Assembly (NCBI GenBank): GCA_033551855.1
Contig: JAWSUI010000053.1
Span: forward strand, 1-24,754
Reading direction: 5' to 3'
DNA from: Deferrisomatales bacterium
GTDB lineage: Bacteria > Desulfobacterota > Deferrisomatia > Deferrisomatales > JACRMM01
Length of the DNA: 24,754 nt
The notes beneath the pieces were generated by a model that did not search any database, had not been told where the DNA came from, and saw nothing but the letters and a program-made list of their open reading frames with translations. Positions 15,578-24,493 of the stretch are shown piece after piece. Both the position numbers and the translations under genes were made by a program. Each line of letters begins with the position of its first letter. Position 1 is the first letter of the stretch.

Positions 15578-17632
15578 TCAGTGCGACAGGCCTGGGTCGT
15601 CGGGCTCCAGGCCGCGGCTCTCGTCACGATCGTCGTCGCGGTCGATGCCATCGTGGAGGGTCTCCTCGTTTCGGGTCTGGCGGTCCCTGGCCTCGTCCAC
15701 CTCCTCTTTCTCCTGCTGGTCTTCGTCTCCCTTGTCTCCTTCGCGCCGAGCGGCGGAAGCGCGGGGACCGACGATCTCCTCGCTGCCCCACTCGCGCTCG
15801 GTCGGCTCGAAGGGCCGGGCCTTCTCCTTACCGTCCTCCGCGTCCGCGCGGTCGTCCGCCACGGGGCTCTTGGAAGTCGAGGCACCCTTGCCTCGCCGGG
15901 CTGTCGTGGCGCCCTTCTTCGCCACGTCGCCCAGGCGGAGGTCCTCACGCAGCAGGAACGCGGGGCCGCGCACGGGATGGTCCTGGAACCGAAGGCGCGT
16001 CTTGGTCAGGGGCAGCCCACCGACCTTGAGGTACGCGGTGAGGTCCGGGAGCCCCATGAGCTCCGAGGGAAGGACCAGGGTCTCGCGCTTTCGCCGTCGG
16101 GCCAGGGACACTCCGTCCCGGAACTCCGAGGGGCCCATGGAGTAGGTCTCCTCGGTCTCCAGGTTTTCGGTGTCGCCGATCTTCTCGGAGACGAACTTTG
16201 CCGTGTCCGGGTCGGCCACCGAGAAGAGGACGCTGTTCCCGCAGGCGTTCACGATCGCCTGGCGGAGGTCCTTCGAGTAGATCTTGTCGATCTGCCCCAC
16301 GTCCTGGATGCCCACCCACACGCTCCCGCCCTTGGACCGGGAAAGGGTCAGGAGCTTCACGATCGTGGAGAGCCGCTGGAGGGTCCCGAACTCGTCCAGG
16401 AGGAAGAAGACCCGGCGGCTGAGGTTGTCGGGCATGGCCAGGAGCTTCCGGCCCAGGAGGTCGATGAAGAGGCTCAGGATGGGCCGCAGGGTGTCCTGGA
16501 TGTCGGAGTAGTTGGTGACGAAGATCCAGCCTTTGTCACCCTTGGGGTTGTTCAGCCACTCCACCACCGAGAAGTCCCCGTCCACCCCGGCCAGGTACTC
16601 GAAGGGCTGGGCGTACTGCATGACCACGGAGTGGACGCTCAGGGCCTGCTTGCTCGAGGCGTCCTGGATGTAGGTGTGGCCCCGCTCGCCCCCCTTGGTC
16701 TCCTTGAGCCACCGGGCGATGAAGCGCACGTCCGAGCGAAGGGCGGCCCACAGGGATCGGTTGTCCCGCTGGTTCGTCTGGTAGAGGTGGTGGAGGAGCC
16801 CGCTGAATACCCCTCGCGCCGCGTCGTTCCAGAAGGGGTCGGCGTGGAAGGCAGGGGGGATGAGGCTCGCCGCCAGGGCGTCCACGTCCATGAGCGTCGC
16901 GATGTCGTTGAAGAGGTTCCAGCCCACGCAGCGCTCGTCCAGGGGGTTGAAGAGGACGTCCCGCTTGGGGTCGTAGAACCGGGCCGTGTAGTCCCCCTTG
17001 AAGTCGTAGATCACCCCCCGATCGCCCCGCTCCATGGCCCGCTCGATCACCCGGCTCAGGAGCACGGTCTTCCCCACCCCGGGTCGCCCCACGGTGAGCA
17101 CGTGCTTGACCTCCGCCTCGACCGGAAGCCGGATGTCCCCGAGAGGGAGGTCCACGGCTACACGGGCCTTCTTCAAGGCTCCCCGGAACGTCTCTGCGTC
17201 CACGAACTGCGAGCCCCGCACGAACTCCGGCCCGGCCTGCTTCCGGGCCCGCCGTTGGAACCACTTCACCAGGAGCGGAACGGCCAGGTACACGCTGCAG
17301 GTGAGGAGGAAGAGGACGAGCATCCAGGCCGCGTACTGGGCGATGTAGGGCTGGAGGTAGAGGGCGAGCTCCTGGGCGGTCATCCGGTAGGGGGCGCCGT
17401 TGTAGTGGAAGGTCATCTCGTGCCCCGGCTGCCACAGGGTCCAGACCCTGGCCACTACCCAGTTCCAGAAGACCTGCCCGTCCATCTCGCCGAGGAAGGT
17501 CCGCACCGCGAGGACGAAGAGGAAGAGCTGGACCGCCCCCAGGATGAGGGTGAGCACCCAGTACATCTTGAGGCGCATCTTGAAGTCGTTGAACCAGGTC
17601 TCGAAGCCCCGGTAGCTCTCATCTCTACGCAT
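15578..17632 (-). CDS. traD: Type IV coupling protein (TraD/TrwB family)
   Basis: Two N-terminal TM segments, Walker A GRPGVGKT, YDFKGDY, FNPLDER, LDEFGTL, RSKGG, GIQD; acidic C-terminal tail. Confidence 0.95.
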   Translation of the reverse strand: MRRDESYRGFETWFNDFKMRLKMYWVLTLILGAVQLFLFVLAVRTFLGEMDGQVFWNWVVARVWTLWQPGHEMTFHYNGAPYRMTAQELALYLQPYIAQYAAWMLVLFLLTCSVYLAVPLLVKWFQRRARKQAGPEFVRGSQFVDAETFRGALKKARVAVDLPLGDIRLPVEAEVKHVLTVGRPGVGKTVLLSRVIERAMERGDRGVIYDFKGDYTARFYDPKRDVLFNPLDERCVGWNLFNDIATLMDVDALAASLIPPAFHADPFWNDAARGVFSGLLHHLYQTNQRDNRSLWAALRSDVRFIARWLKETKGGERGHTYIQDASSKQALSVHSVVMQYAQPFEYLAGVDGDFSVVEWLNNPKGDKGWIFVTNYSDIQDTLRPILSLFIDLLGRKLLAMPDNLSRRVFFLLDEFGTLQRLSTIVKLLTLSRSKGGSVWVGIQDVGQIDKIYSKDLRQAIVNACGNSVLFSVADPDTAKFVSEKIGDTENLETEETYSMGPSEFRDGVSLARRRKRETLVLPSELMGLPDLTAYLKVGGLPLTKTRLRFQDHPVRGPAFLLREDLRLGDVAKKGATTARRGKGASTSKSPVADDRADAEDGKEKARPFEPTEREWGSEEIVGPRASAARREGDKGDEDQQEKEEVDEARDRQTRNEETLHDGIDRDDDRDESRGLEPDDPGLSH

Positions 17633-18104
17633 CGCCCTCCTCCGTCAGCTTCGCCAGGATCTGGCGGGTGGTGGCCTCCACCTTCTCGTGGAACCGGCGG
17701 TACTGGGCCGTGTCGGGGAGCGAGAGGTTCGCGAGCCCGTCCAGGAAGACCACGGAGCGCACCAGCCAGGGGCGAAGCCGCTCCACCACGGTCTCCTGGT
17801 CCGCCTCCTCCAGGGCCTTGTGGGTGCGCGCCACGGCGGCGTAGACCCGGTCGATCCGGGCCCCCAGGTCGTCCTTCGCCGGGTCCCCGGCGAGGGCCTT
17901 CGTGACGAGTACATGGAGGTCCTGAACCTGCTGGAGGAACTTGGGGTCGAGGCCGTTCGGATGGTCCAACCCGTGCACCACCAGGTCGTGGGCCAGGGTG
18001 GACACCGGGACTCCCGCGGCCCGGGCCCGTTGGGCCAGCTCCGAGTGGGCCCGGTCGTCCAGACGGATGGTCAGCTTGCAGGGGCGAACCGTACCGTGGG
18101 TCAT
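17625..18104 (-). CDS. Ribbon-helix-helix relaxosome accessory protein (TrwA/TraM-like position)
   Basis: GGGAGG RBS; KLTIRLDDRAHSELAQRARAAGVPVSTLAHDLV RHH pattern; lies between oriT and traD and overlaps the traD start. Confidence 0.7.
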   Translation of the reverse strand: MTHGTVRPCKLTIRLDDRAHSELAQRARAAGVPVSTLAHDLVVHGLDHPNGLDPKFLQQVQDLHVLVTKALAGDPAKDDLGARIDRVYAAVARTHKALEEADQETVVERLRPWLVRSVVFLDGLANLSLPDTAQYRRFHEKVEATTRQILAKLTEEGDA

Positions 18105-18126
18105 GGGTTGCGTCCTCCCGCACTGC

Positions 18127-18280
18127 CGCTGGCGCACCAAGGTTGGGTTTCCGGGCGAATCTCTCTGGTCTGCGCATTCCTGCTGGCGCGCGCTGGCGCA
18201 ATACCGAACGTCTTTTCGGGCACTTGCAGTGACGGGCGCCAGCGCGCCTCGCCGCCGGCAGGCGGCGTGGGGTGTGAGAA
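18127..18280 (+). other. Predicted oriT with nic between 18275 and 18276
   Basis: CGCCGCC-GGCA-GGCGGCG hairpin (18250-18267) then TGGGGTGT^GAG; GCGTGGGGTGT^G equals the F nic core, and hairpin + 8 nt matches R388 geometry; GCTGGCGC at 18128, 18182, 18192 and inverted at 18236. Confidence 0.75.
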
Positions 18281-18443
18281 CCAGGCCAAGGTCCCCCGCG
18301 ATGGTGGGGAACCCCTCCTGCCGCCCCGTCCCGCCACCGGCCGCCGGGCGAGCCGAAGACCAGAAGCCACCCGGCGACGAACCCCGTCAGGGGCGACCAG
18401 GCAAGCCCCGGCAACGCCGATGGGGGAGTGGGAAAGCGCACCT

Positions 18444-18821
18444 CTACGCACCGCCATCGGTCCGCTCCAGCCGGTCCCCGAAGAGCCCGCCGGTCACCTC
18501 GGCAGGCCGTTCGCCGACACCCCGTTCCGACTTCGAAGGAGACGCGCCTTGCGAGCCGCCCGGCTCCCCCGACCGGTGCACTGCGGCCGTCTTCTCCGGC
18601 GATTCCCCAAAGACTTCGGCCGAGGTCTCGATCACGTACCGGAGCTCCACTCCTGCCCACCCGCTCTTCCAGAACCGGCGGAGCAGCGCGCCCGCGTTCC
18701 GGTCCTCCTTGGCTTCCCGCTCCCTGCGGATACGGTCCGCTTCCTCCCGGATGCGCCGGGCCTCTTCCTCCATCTGCTGGGCTCGGTTCAGGAGCTGCTG
18801 GGGGTCTCGCTTTCGTGCCAT
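18444..18821 (-). CDS. Hypothetical coiled-coil protein between relaxase and oriT
   Basis: GAGGAGG RBS; charged helix MEEEARRIREEADRIRREREAKEDR; low-complexity tail. Confidence 0.65.
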   Translation of the reverse strand: MARKRDPQQLLNRAQQMEEEARRIREEADRIRREREAKEDRNAGALLRRFWKSGWAGVELRYVIETSAEVFGESPEKTAAVHRSGEPGGSQGASPSKSERGVGERPAEVTGGLFGDRLERTDGGA

Positions 18822-18850
18822 GGCCTGCCTCCTCTCGGGGTGTGGGTGGG

Positions 18851-21760
18851 TCAGCGACTGCGCTCCAGCTCCCGATCCCGCTCGCGGACTCGGGGCGGCT
18901 TGATGTCCTGGGTTTCACGGGTCTTGGGTGCCGCCGAAGCAGGTCCATCCGGGCGCAGACCCTCCTTCCGGAAGTCCCGGCCCCAGTCGCGCCAAGCGGC
19001 GAAGGCCCGCTCGATCCGGTCGTCCAGGTGGTCCAGGTGGTCCAGGGTGGAGGTCTTCTCTCGGGGGTGTCGGACGAGCTCGCGCAGGCGCTCCCGGTCG
19101 TCGGTGAACACATAGACGTCGTGCCGGGCCCGGGTCGCGGCGACGTAGAAGGAGTTCCTCTGGATGCGCCCGCGGCGGGTGTCCGCGTACCAGATCACCG
19201 CCGAGGTGGTGGCGCCCTGGCTCTTGTACTCGGTGACCGCATAGGCGTGAGTGAGGTAGTTGTACCGGTACCGGGCGTCCCCCTTGGTGCGCTCCTCCGG
19301 GTCGGTGAGGCGAAAGCGCACCTCGCGTCCTTTCTCCGTCTTGACCACCAGGTTGCCCCGTTCGTCCAGGAGCTTCACCGTGCCCTGGAGACCGTTCTGC
19401 ACCCGGAGCTTCTCGTCGTTCTTGAGGAACACCACCCGGTCCCCGGGGGCGAAGGAGCGCTCGGCGATCCGGTAGACCGCGAGCTTGTCGTAGTGACGGA
19501 AGAGGGGGATCTCGTGGGTCTTCCCGCTGGCCTCCACCCGGACCCGGTTCCGGTCCCGATCGACCCCCACCACCTCGGCATGGGTGCCGGCCTCGAGGCC
19601 GCCTCCCACGTCCCCCAGAAGGAGCACCCGTTGCCCCACCTCGTAGGAGCTCGCGAGCGCCGTCTCCTCCGGTCCGGCGCCGGTGGGTTCCTGCACCTGA
19701 AAGGACCGGCCGGCCTCCAACTGCCCCCGAGAGACGAGCGCGCTGCGGATGCGCTCATTGAGCTCCATCCGGTCGGCGTTGGTGGCGCTGAGGAGGAGGA
19801 CGTCGCGTTTCCCGTCCCGCAGAGACAGGTACCCCTCGACGACCGCCCCGAGGCGCTCGTCCCGGTCCCCGATCTGCCGCAGAGATTCCCGGTCCCGGAG
19901 CTCCCGGAGGGCCCGGTCGGTGTCCCCTCCGGAGAGCGCCCCCACCACTGCCCGCGCATGCTCGGTCTCCTGGCGGACCACCTCGGTCAGGTGCACCGTG
20001 TTCACTCCGGAGCGCTCCTGGAGGAGAGCGTGGTTTCTCCCCGCGGCGATGGAAGGGAACTGCTTCGTGTCCCCCACGAGGACCGCCTTCCAGTCCCGCT
20101 CTCTGCTCAACGTGAGGAGCCGATGGAAGTGCCGGCTCCCGGCCATGGACGCCTCGTCGACGACGAGGAGGCTCCCCGACGGAAGGTCCTGGGCCCGGGC
20201 CGAGTGGAGAAACGAGTCGAGGGTCTTCGAGGGGATGCCGGCGCCCTCGGCGAGCTCCTGGGCGGCCTTCCCGGTGAACCCCAGACCCAGCACCCGGACG
20301 CCCCGCTCCGCGGCCACTTCCCGGACCAGCGCGAGGGCGGTGGTCTTCCCCGTGCCAGCGTCCCCCTGGACCAGGTTCACCCGGTCGGGGGAAGTGAGGA
20401 TGGTCCGTACGGCGTCGACCTGCCCCCGGGTGAAGCGCCACCCCTGGGCTGCCTCCCTCTCCGCCACGAGGCCAGCCACCAGGACGTCCGTGGCGATGGG
20501 TGCCCACGTGCCCTTGGCGCCCTGGGCAAGCCCCAGGATCTCGGCCTCCATGGACTGCATCTCGGGCGTCGTGAAGGCTTCGCGGGGGAGCGTGCGACCC
20601 GAGCGTCCCGGAACATGCACGGTGCCCAGGAAGGGGAGTTGACCCTCCCGCGAGAGATCGGTCAGCGCCTGGTCGAGCTCCCGGAACCCGGCCGCGCCCC
20701 GGGAGATCCGGGCCGCCAGGTCCAGAATTTCTTCCCGCGTGAAGACCGACTCGGCCTCCGTGCGGATCCGGGCCGCGGTGAGCACCCACTCCCGGGCGCT
20801 CTGCGTCTCCCGCTCGAGTTCCTTCCGTCCCTCGCGCAGCGCCTCGTCCCGGAGCCCCTCTAGGGTGTGGCCCATCTCCCGGAGCGTGCCGGTCCAGTGC
20901 TCCAGGAGGACCTCCCGCGGGACCTTCCCCTTGGGGAGCCGGGTGTCCCGGTTGGCGATCTCCCGGAGGGCGGTCTCGCCGGCCTTCGGGAAGTCTCCGG
21001 CGGCCCGGAGTTCCTCGGCCCGCTCCAGGATCTGCTGACGCCGCTTGGAGAACTCCCCGAGCACCTCGCCCGGCACCCCGCGGACCTCCCAGAGGAAGGA
21101 GCCCGGCTCGGTCATCTCGATCCCGTAGCCGAGCTCCCGGATGTCTCGGGCAAGCTCGGCCCGGTAGAACCGGCCCAGCGCGAGCTGGTCCCGGTAGAGG
21201 GCGTCATTGTGGTGGGCCCGCCAGGTGCCGTCCTCTTTCTGGGTGAGGTTCACGACGAAGGCGTGGGTGTGAAGCTGGGGGTCCGGCAGGACTTCGCCGC
21301 CGGACGCGCGGGAGACCATGTGGGTGAACTTGGCGACCGCCAGGTTGCCGGTGACAATCACCTCCCGGCTACCATCCTCCTGCTCCCGGGCCTGGCCGTG
21401 GTGGCGCTCCACGTAGTCGACGACCGCAGAGACCGCGGCCTCGTGGGCCTCCTTGATCCGGCCGTCGGCCAGGGCCAGGATCGAGACGCTCTTGGGTGCC
21501 GAGAAGGTGAGGTCCACCCCGCCCCGGCGCTTGCCCGCACCGGTCTCCCGGTCGGTCAGCTCGTCGACCAGAGCCTCGCCGTTTCGCGGATCGTGGCCCC
21601 GGAGGACTGCCTTGAAGTCGTCGTTGGCAACCTCCCCTGTAAGGCCCAGGGCCTCGGCGGCCTTCCCCTGCCACTCTCCCTTCTCCGAGAGGTAGTAGTC
21701 GTCGCTCTTGAAGTAGTGGCCGGCCTTTCCCACCGACATGGGGCGGGACACCGTGACCAT
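18851..21760 (-). CDS. MOBF relaxase-helicase (TrwC/TraI-like)
   Basis: GGGAGG RBS; YFKSDDYY, DLTFSAPKSVS, FTHMVSR...DPQLHTH; helicase GDAGTGKTT, VDEASM, VGDTKQ, YKSQGAT; Arg-rich C-terminus RERDRELERSR. Confidence 0.96.
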   Translation of the reverse strand: MVTVSRPMSVGKAGHYFKSDDYYLSEKGEWQGKAAEALGLTGEVANDDFKAVLRGHDPRNGEALVDELTDRETGAGKRRGGVDLTFSAPKSVSILALADGRIKEAHEAAVSAVVDYVERHHGQAREQEDGSREVIVTGNLAVAKFTHMVSRASGGEVLPDPQLHTHAFVVNLTQKEDGTWRAHHNDALYRDQLALGRFYRAELARDIRELGYGIEMTEPGSFLWEVRGVPGEVLGEFSKRRQQILERAEELRAAGDFPKAGETALREIANRDTRLPKGKVPREVLLEHWTGTLREMGHTLEGLRDEALREGRKELERETQSAREWVLTAARIRTEAESVFTREEILDLAARISRGAAGFRELDQALTDLSREGQLPFLGTVHVPGRSGRTLPREAFTTPEMQSMEAEILGLAQGAKGTWAPIATDVLVAGLVAEREAAQGWRFTRGQVDAVRTILTSPDRVNLVQGDAGTGKTTALALVREVAAERGVRVLGLGFTGKAAQELAEGAGIPSKTLDSFLHSARAQDLPSGSLLVVDEASMAGSRHFHRLLTLSRERDWKAVLVGDTKQFPSIAAGRNHALLQERSGVNTVHLTEVVRQETEHARAVVGALSGGDTDRALRELRDRESLRQIGDRDERLGAVVEGYLSLRDGKRDVLLLSATNADRMELNERIRSALVSRGQLEAGRSFQVQEPTGAGPEETALASSYEVGQRVLLLGDVGGGLEAGTHAEVVGVDRDRNRVRVEASGKTHEIPLFRHYDKLAVYRIAERSFAPGDRVVFLKNDEKLRVQNGLQGTVKLLDERGNLVVKTEKGREVRFRLTDPEERTKGDARYRYNYLTHAYAVTEYKSQGATTSAVIWYADTRRGRIQRNSFYVAATRARHDVYVFTDDRERLRELVRHPREKTSTLDHLDHLDDRIERAFAAWRDWGRDFRKEGLRPDGPASAAPKTRETQDIKPPRVRERDRELERSR

Positions 21761-21991
21761 GGGGTTTCCTCCCGCGGATCCTGAGGATGCCGGAATGGGC
21801 CGAGGGATCACGATCCCTCATCTAGGTATTCGCGGGGTGTGGAACACGGAGGTGGGGAAGGCCGGAGAGGTCCTACGCCTGGAGCCAGGAAGTTCAGGCC
21901 GTGGCTCTGCCCAGGGCGGGCGGGGAATCAGGTCGACACGGAAGGTTTGCGCAGCAATCCTGGAGCACCGATCAGGGGCATAGGGTCAACC

Positions 21992-22028
21992 GCGGGCCCG
22001 ACGTGAAGGGACTTGACGTCGGGCCCGC
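21992..22028. repeat. Strong intergenic hairpin
   Basis: GCGGGCCCGACGT (21992-22004) and ACGTCGGGCCCGC (22016-22028): perfect 13-bp stem. Confidence 0.6.
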
Positions 22029-22134
22029 CACCTCAGGACAAAGCAGTCTCTGAGTCTACCGAAAACCCTTGACCATTTCCTCGAATACAGGCATCGGGAT
22101 TAGGAAGCGTATGTGCGCTAGCGATTTCCCCTAA

Positions 22135-22366
22135 CTGGGGTATCGGGTTGGCTCAAGTGGGCGCTACATCTTGTGGTCGCTCGTCCGCTGGAAATAGTCA
22201 GGCTCGGCAAGCCCTCCCGAGGGCGCTCGACACGGGCAAAAAGACCTTAGGGCCAACATCTCGTGATCGTTAACGATCTCGCAGGGCCGCGAAGCGCCCC
22301 AAGTGACTTTGACGGAGACCGGAGCCGCAACATCTTGTGGTCACTTGAGCCAACCCGATACCCCAG
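22135..22366. mobile_element. 232-bp MITE related to IS1595-family ends
   Basis: Perfect 25-bp TIR CTGGGGTATCGGGTTGGCTCAAGTG; flanking repeat TTCCCCTA at 22126-22133 and 22367-22374; TIR matches the IS end at 2957-2981 at 22/25. Confidence 0.88.
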
Positions 22367-22580
22367 TTCCCCTATTCGGCCAGTCTGCGAAAAGGGGCCC
22401 TCCTGCAAACCGCATCAGAGCGCGTGGGGATCGTTCGGGAAGCCAACCCCTCCCAGGACGGGTTAGGCGTCGCTTGGGCGCCGTAGCCTGCTAGGCAGGG
22501 ACGGCCCCCAGCAGCACTTCCCAGCATCTTCGGCGAGCAGACGGCCGAGCGCGGTTCTGACATCAAGGCAACAAGTCTGC

Positions 22581-22618
22581 ATTTAAATATTGACATTGTC
22601 AGAAATGACCGGCACCCT
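22581..22618 (+). promoter_or_regulatory. Possible promoter/operator of the QueC-like module
   Basis: AT-rich ATTTAAATA then TTGACA (22590-22595) overlapping the palindrome TGACA-T-TGTCA; the -10 at 17 bp (CACCCT) is weak. Confidence 0.35.
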
Positions 22619-22639
22619 GTCCTCGAAGCGAGGAGATTC

Positions 22640-23236
22640 ATGCCGGACCTCGACATCATCGCCATTAATGTGCCAAGGGGATGGCGCCGGCCCTGCCGCC
22701 TGCTCGAGGCCGGTGCAGACCACAGAGAGATCGCTCGCCCCTTGCTTGGCGCTCTCAGCGCCGCCGTCCGTGCAGCCAACGGGTTTCCGCACTTGGAGCG
22801 CTCAAGGAACCTTATCGAAGCTGTAAGGGCTGGAAATCTCACGCTGTTTGAGGCTCTCTCGACGGTAAGAAGCAGGGACTTGCTGGCTCCAGGCTACCTC
22901 GGCTTTCTCGCCCAAAAGGCCACGGGGGAGCTAATCGTTGCCGCCTCCAGCGGTCGCATGCAGGGAGACGTCACTCGGGCACTCGTCGAGCGCTACTTCG
23001 AGAAGGTCCTAGACGCTTGCTTCTTCAGCCGGCTCCCCATCGTGTTCCCGCGTCTTGCTTCGCCAGCAGAGCTGGACCGCCTGCGCGATCGATGCCGGCA
23101 AGAAGTTGGAGAGCCCCTGGCGCGAATGGCTGAGATGCTCTGCAATGATCCGGGGGCGAACCGGTTTCGCGCAGCGCCGGTCCGAAGCCGAATCCGACAC
23201 GCAACGAAGGAGCTGCTGGAGCGCCCGTTGCTTTGA
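22640..23236 (+). CDS. Hypothetical helical protein, partner of the QueC-like enzyme (QatB-like position)
   Basis: AGGAG RBS 5 nt before ATG; 198 aa; stops 9 bp before the QueC-like gene. Confidence 0.75.
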   Translation: MPDLDIIAINVPRGWRRPCRLLEAGADHREIARPLLGALSAAVRAANGFPHLERSRNLIEAVRAGNLTLFEALSTVRSRDLLAPGYLGFLAQKATGELIVAASSGRMQGDVTRALVERYFEKVLDACFFSRLPIVFPRLASPAELDRLRDRCRQEVGEPLARMAEMLCNDPGANRFRAAPVRSRIRHATKELLERPLL

Positions 23237-23245
23237 GAGGATCCG

Positions 23246-24493
23246 ATGGTGGCTTCAGATCCAAGCCCGAGTTACCACTATGCAATTACGCCGGACGGAA
23301 GGATTAGCGCTCAGCAGTCTGGTGCCGAGAGGGAACTCGAGCATTTCTACCATGTCGACGATCACTCGATTGCGGAGGCCGTCTCGAAGGTGCTCCCTGA
23401 GTCCCTCGCGGATCTGATCGATGTCGCAATAGGGGTTTATGCCGCAGATCGGCTGGCGCGCCGCCCCGCTTTCGTACAAACGGAAGTTAGCGGGTGGCGT
23501 CGGCGACTCCATGTGTCGGTGCCCGTCAGAAACCCCGATCTTTGGCGTGGGGAAAGCCTCGGATTGGCACTCCAAGAGGCACTCCTGTTCATAACGGATG
23601 ACGAATGGAGCTTCGAGTTCGTCCCGAGATATGGCACCAGTCGCCGCCGTTCGGAGGTCCAGGGCCATCTCTTTGCGGATCGGCTCCCGGATGACACCAT
23701 GGTTTCGCTCTTCAGCGGCGGCTTGGACTCGCTTGTTGGCCTGGCGGGAGACGTACTTGATCTACGCCCATCGATGCTTCTCCTCGTCTGCGCACAGACG
23801 AACGACAGAATCCGTCCCGTCCAGCAGCGACTTATCCGGGAGATCTCAAAGAGGAAGAACCAAGCATGTCGCAGAGTCGGAGTCCGCTTCGGCTTCCACA
23901 GACGAGCGAAGGGGCGCTACGGGAGGGATGAGCGAACCCAGCGCACTCGCGCCTTCTCCTTTCTCGCTCTCGGCGCGGTGATGGCGAGGCACGTGGGCTT
24001 GGACAGCGCCCGAGTCTACGAGAACGGTGTTGGAGCCATCAACCTCCCATATACCGATGCGCAGGTCGGCGCCCAGAGCAGCCGCGCCTCCAACCCCTTA
24101 GCGCTGCACCTCGTCGAGCAGGTGATCGGGCAAGCAACCGGCCGAGCCTTTAGCTTCGAATTGCCCCTAGGCTTCACCACGAAGGCGACCGCCTGCAGGA
24201 GGCTCGCCGACGTGGGGCTAGCGGACCTCGTAGCTCAGAGCATCTCCTGCGACGGGTTTCCACAGAGAATCTCTGGAAGAGTCCAATGTGGAGTCTGCAC
24301 CTCTTGTGTCTTGCGACGGCAGTCTCTGTTCCAGAGCGGTTTAGCCGGACAGGACCCTGGCGAGAAGTACGTGTACGATCTTCTGGACAGCAACAGACTT
24401 CCTCCTTCCAAGAAGCTGATCGAGCTTCGGGCCATGCAACATCAGGTCAAGACGCAGCAATTCCCGGCCCCTTACTGGCGGCCGCAAGGCTGA
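23246..24493 (+). CDS. QatC-like QueC-family (7-cyano-7-deazaguanine synthase-like) protein; C-terminus replaced by IS sequence
   Basis: N-terminal extension DLIDVAIGVYAADR...WRRRLHVSVPV...DEWSFEF; PP-loop LFSGGLDS; ERTQRTRAF; YENG; ISC...CGVCTSCVLRR zinc site; last 12 codons lie in the IS starting at 24455. Confidence 0.85.
   Translation: MVASDPSPSYHYAITPDGRISAQQSGAERELEHFYHVDDHSIAEAVSKVLPESLADLIDVAIGVYAADRLARRPAFVQTEVSGWRRRLHVSVPVRNPDLWRGESLGLALQEALLFITDDEWSFEFVPRYGTSRRRSEVQGHLFADRLPDDTMVSLFSGGLDSLVGLAGDVLDLRPSMLLLVCAQTNDRIRPVQQRLIREISKRKNQACRRVGVRFGFHRRAKGRYGRDERTQRTRAFSFLALGAVMARHVGLDSARVYENGVGAINLPYTDAQVGAQSSRASNPLALHLVEQVIGQATGRAFSFELPLGFTTKATACRRLADVGLADLVAQSISCDGFPQRISGRVQCGVCTSCVLRRQSLFQSGLAGQDPGEKYVYDLLDSNRLPPSKKLIELRAMQHQVKTQQFPAPYWRPQG

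Noticed and set aside
18432..18452. GGAAAGCGCACCTCTACG as a MOBQ-type nic
   Set aside because: Weak match; the relaxase is MOBF and a much better F-like site lies at 18250-18276
19022..19046. 9-bp tandem repeat encoding LDHLDHLD in the relaxase tail
   Set aside because: Short in-frame slippage in a variable linker; no evident function
7322..21784. Many long antisense or alternate-frame ORFs (e.g. 7322-9187, 7644-10388, 15353-17905, 18428-20863)
   Set aside because: Shadows of high-GC tra genes; Arg/Gly/Pro-rich with no motifs or RBS
23246..24493. Housekeeping queC for queuosine synthesis
   Set aside because: Much longer than canonical QueC (~230 aa), has a QatC-type extension and no que neighbours
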